This document shows positions 62,100 through 64,000 of a stretch of 64,000 nt of DNA, piece by piece; the first letter of the stretch is position 1; every line of letters starts with the position of its first letter. Under the pieces are notes generated by a model, which saw only the letters and a list, made by a program, of their open reading frames with translations, did not search any database and was not told the origin of the DNA. The stretch lies in NCBI GenBank assembly GCA_035459025.1, contig DATHYT010000027.1, forward strand, positions 294 to 64,293, in the 5' to 3' direction. The DNA comes from Burkholderiales bacterium. GTDB taxonomy: Bacteria > Pseudomonadota > Gammaproteobacteria > Burkholderiales > SG8-39. The translations under genes were made by a program, and so were the position numbers.

Positions 62100-63469
62100 A
62101 GCGCGCGGCCCTCCAGCTGGTGCGCAAACGCGGCCTCGTCCTCGAGGCAGCGCAGGTCGAGCCACACCGCGTCGTCGTGGATGCGGCCGATCACCGGGAT
62201 CGGCAGCGCGCGTAGCGCCTTGGCGATCGCTGCGGGCTTCATCGCCGCCGCGGCAACGCGCAGCGCCGCGCTCGGCAGCCGATCCACGGGCAGCGACCCG
62301 CTGCCGACCTGGCTGGCACATTCTTCAACGCTCACCCGAGCCTTGTCGCCCGCATAGCGCTGTACGCTGGGGCGCAGGCGTTCGGCCAGCGCCGCGATCT
62401 CGCCCGCCGGCCGCGTCAGCAGCCGCAGCGTCGGCAGCCGCTCGCGCAGCCGCTCGGGGTCGAGGTGCAGCCGCAGCACCGCTTCCAGCGCCGCGATGCG
62501 ACCCTTGTCCAGGCGGAGCGCGCGCTTCATCGGGTTCTTGCGCAGCGTTGCCACCCGCTCGCGCTTGCCGACGACAAGGCCCGCCTGCGGCCCGCCGAGC
62601 AGCTTGTCGCCGCTGAAGGTGACGAGATCCGCACCCGCCGCGAGCGCCTGCATGGGCGTGGGCTCCGCGGGCAGGCCGTAGCGCTCGAGGGCAACGAGGC
62701 TGCCGCTCCCCAAATCGGTCACGAATGGCAGGCCATGCGCGTGCGCGAGCGCGGCCAGCTCGCCCTCTGCCGGCGCGGCCGTGAAACCGACGACGGCGTA
62801 GTTGCTGGCGTGCACCTTGAGCAGCGCCGCCGTCGCCGGCCCGATCGCCTTTTCGTAGTCCGCGAGATGCGTGCGGTTGGTGGTGCCGACCTCGCGCAGG
62901 CGGCAGCCCGCGGCTTGGAGGATCTCGGGGATGCGGAACGAGCCGCCGATCTCCACCAGCTCGCCGCGCGACACGATCACCTCGCGCCCGGCGGCGAGCG
63001 CGTTCATCGCCAGGAGCACGGCGCCGGCGTTGTTGTTCACCGCCGTGGCGGCCTCGGCACCCGTGATGCGGCACAGGAGCGACTCGAGGTGCGCGTCGCG
63101 CTCGCCGCGCTCGCCCGCCTCGAGGTCGTATTCCAGATTCGACGGCTGGGCCAGCGCTGCGCTGCCCGCCTCGATCGCCTCGGGCGGCAGCAGCGCGCGG
63201 CCGAGGTTCGTGTGCAGCACGGTGCCGGTGAGGTTGAACACGCGGCGCAGCGACGGCTGCGCCACGGCGTCGAGACGGTTCAGCAGGCCCAGCACGATCG
63301 CGTCCCCGGTCGGCGGCAGCGCGGCGCCGGCCTTCAGCGAACTGCGGTATTCGGCGAGCAGCGCGCGCAACTCCCCGACCACCAGGGGGCGCCCGTGCCG
63401 GCCGATGGCCGCGGCAAGGCGCGGATCCTGCAGGATCCGGTCGACCGACGGGATGGCTGCGAGCCGCAT
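62096..63469 (-). CDS. selA: L-seryl-tRNA(Sec) selenium transferase
   Basis: N-terminus MRLAAIPSVDRILQDP. PLP-lysine motif FSGDKLLGGPQAG. Confidence 0.93.
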   Translation of the reverse strand: MRLAAIPSVDRILQDPRLAAAIGRHGRPLVVGELRALLAEYRSSLKAGAALPPTGDAIVLGLLNRLDAVAQPSLRRVFNLTGTVLHTNLGRALLPPEAIEAGSAALAQPSNLEYDLEAGERGERDAHLESLLCRITGAEAATAVNNNAGAVLLAMNALAAGREVIVSRGELVEIGGSFRIPEILQAAGCRLREVGTTNRTHLADYEKAIGPATAALLKVHASNYAVVGFTAAPAEGELAALAHAHGLPFVTDLGSGSLVALERYGLPAEPTPMQALAAGADLVTFSGDKLLGGPQAGLVVGKRERVATLRKNPMKRALRLDKGRIAALEAVLRLHLDPERLRERLPTLRLLTRPAGEIAALAERLRPSVQRYAGDKARVSVEECASQVGSGSLPVDRLPSAALRVAAAAMKPAAIAKALRALPIPVIGRIHDDAVWLDLRCLEDEAAFAHQLEGRAL

Positions 63470-63506
63470 GTGTGCATCGTACCGTTACAAGGTTATTCTA
63501 AGAAAT

Positions 63507-64000
63507 ATGCAGCTTCCGGCCCGACCCGTCGAACCCTCCTCGGTGCCCGAGGGCACCGACCTCATCGAGTGGTACTACGAGAAAGGCTTCTCCGACGGCC
63601 TGCCCGTCGTGCCGCCCACGCCCGCAAAGGTCGCCGCGATGCTGGAGGCGCTTGGCGGCGAGCCGGAGAAAGTCGAAGCGCGTGTGCCGCCGCGCTGGGG
63701 CAGCCTGACGCGCGAAGTCCTTGCAGTCAACATGGTGATGGCGGGCTGCAAGCCCGAGTACGCGCCGGTGGTGCGCGCGGCGATGCTCGCGCTCTGCGAG
63801 ACCGCCTTCAATCTGAACGGCGTGCAGGCGACCACGCACATGGCGAGCCCGCTGCTCGTCGTCAACGGCCCGATGGCGAGGAAGATCGGCATGAACGCCG
63901 GCTGCAACGCGTTCGGCTCGGGCAACCGCGCCAACGCCACCATCGGCCGCGCAATCCGCCTGGTCCTCTTGAACGTCGGCGGCGGCTGGCCGGGCGACCT
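63507..64000 (+). CDS. Protein of unknown function, N-terminal 164 codons; 3' end is off-window
   Basis: Not in the ORF track because there is no stop before the right edge. ATG 63507 gives MQLPARPVEPSSVPEGTDLIEWYYEKGFSDGLPVVPPTPAKVAAMLEAL...GVQATTHMASPLLVVNGPMARKIGMNAGCNAFGSGNRANATIGRAIRLVLLNVGGGWPGD. GC3 bias is strong. It is divergent from selA with a 37-nt gap. Confidence 0.6.
   Translation, partial: MQLPARPVEPSSVPEGTDLIEWYYEKGFSDGLPVVPPTPAKVAAMLEALGGEPEKVEARVPPRWGSLTREVLAVNMVMAGCKPEYAPVVRAAMLALCETAFNLNGVQATTHMASPLLVVNGPMARKIGMNAGCNAFGSGNRANATIGRAIRLVLLNVGGGWPGD

Overview
GC-rich, almost gap-free chromosomal core DNA. The gene order matches the housekeeping synteny I know from Betaproteobacteria; this is inferred from gene order and hand-read motifs only, with no database search. 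I call 61 protein-coding genes, two of them edge-truncated and absent from the ORF track. I also call 2 tRNAs (Arg-ACG and Sec-UCA), one gene remnant, and a few promoter, terminator and repeat elements. Left to right: (1) PKHD hydroxylase (partial), a LivJ-type binding protein and cysS. (2) A TPR protein, an L,D-transpeptidase, ppiA and lpxH. (3) A 17-kb minus-strand array: metZ-purF-cvpA-SPOR-folC-accD-trpA-trpB-trpF-truA-fimV-asd-leuB-leuD-leuC. (4) An M48 peptidase, an MFS transporter and a 998-aa membrane-fused spermidine-synthase-like protein. (5) der-bamB-yfgM-hisS-ispG-rodZ-pilW-rlmN-ndk. (6) tilS-accA, preceded by a tightly packed string of GGDEF cyclase, AlkA-like glycosylase, unknown protein, HNH nuclease and HU. 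(7) A more accessory-looking stretch from 42.9 to 57 kb: TctC/IlvD-Edd/reductase cluster, SLT transglycosylase, oxidoreductases, VOC, MFS, GYD, tRNA-Arg, flavin reductase, Kef-type antiporter, EamA, peroxiredoxin-glutaredoxin hybrid and crotonase. (8) A secreted ChaN/TIKI-like-PDZ plus M1 metallopeptidase pair. (9) The selenocysteine-decoding operon selA-selB-selC. I saw no mobile elements, CRISPR arrays, rRNA or prophage genes, and I did not find an unambiguous new multi-gene system. The most noteworthy observations are: (i) the selB reading frame runs 58 nt into the tRNA-Sec gene; (ii) two genes have coding signal extending upstream of every ATG/GTG/TTG to a CTG beside the upstream stop codon, one of them behind an unlisted 43-codon lipoprotein-like ORF; (iii) the HNH/unknown/glycosylase/GGDEF string; (iv) the ChaN-PDZ/M1 pair, whose M1 member has a degenerate GAMEN motif. 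Many long ORFs in the track are antisense or out-of-frame shadows typical of high-GC DNA and were rejected.
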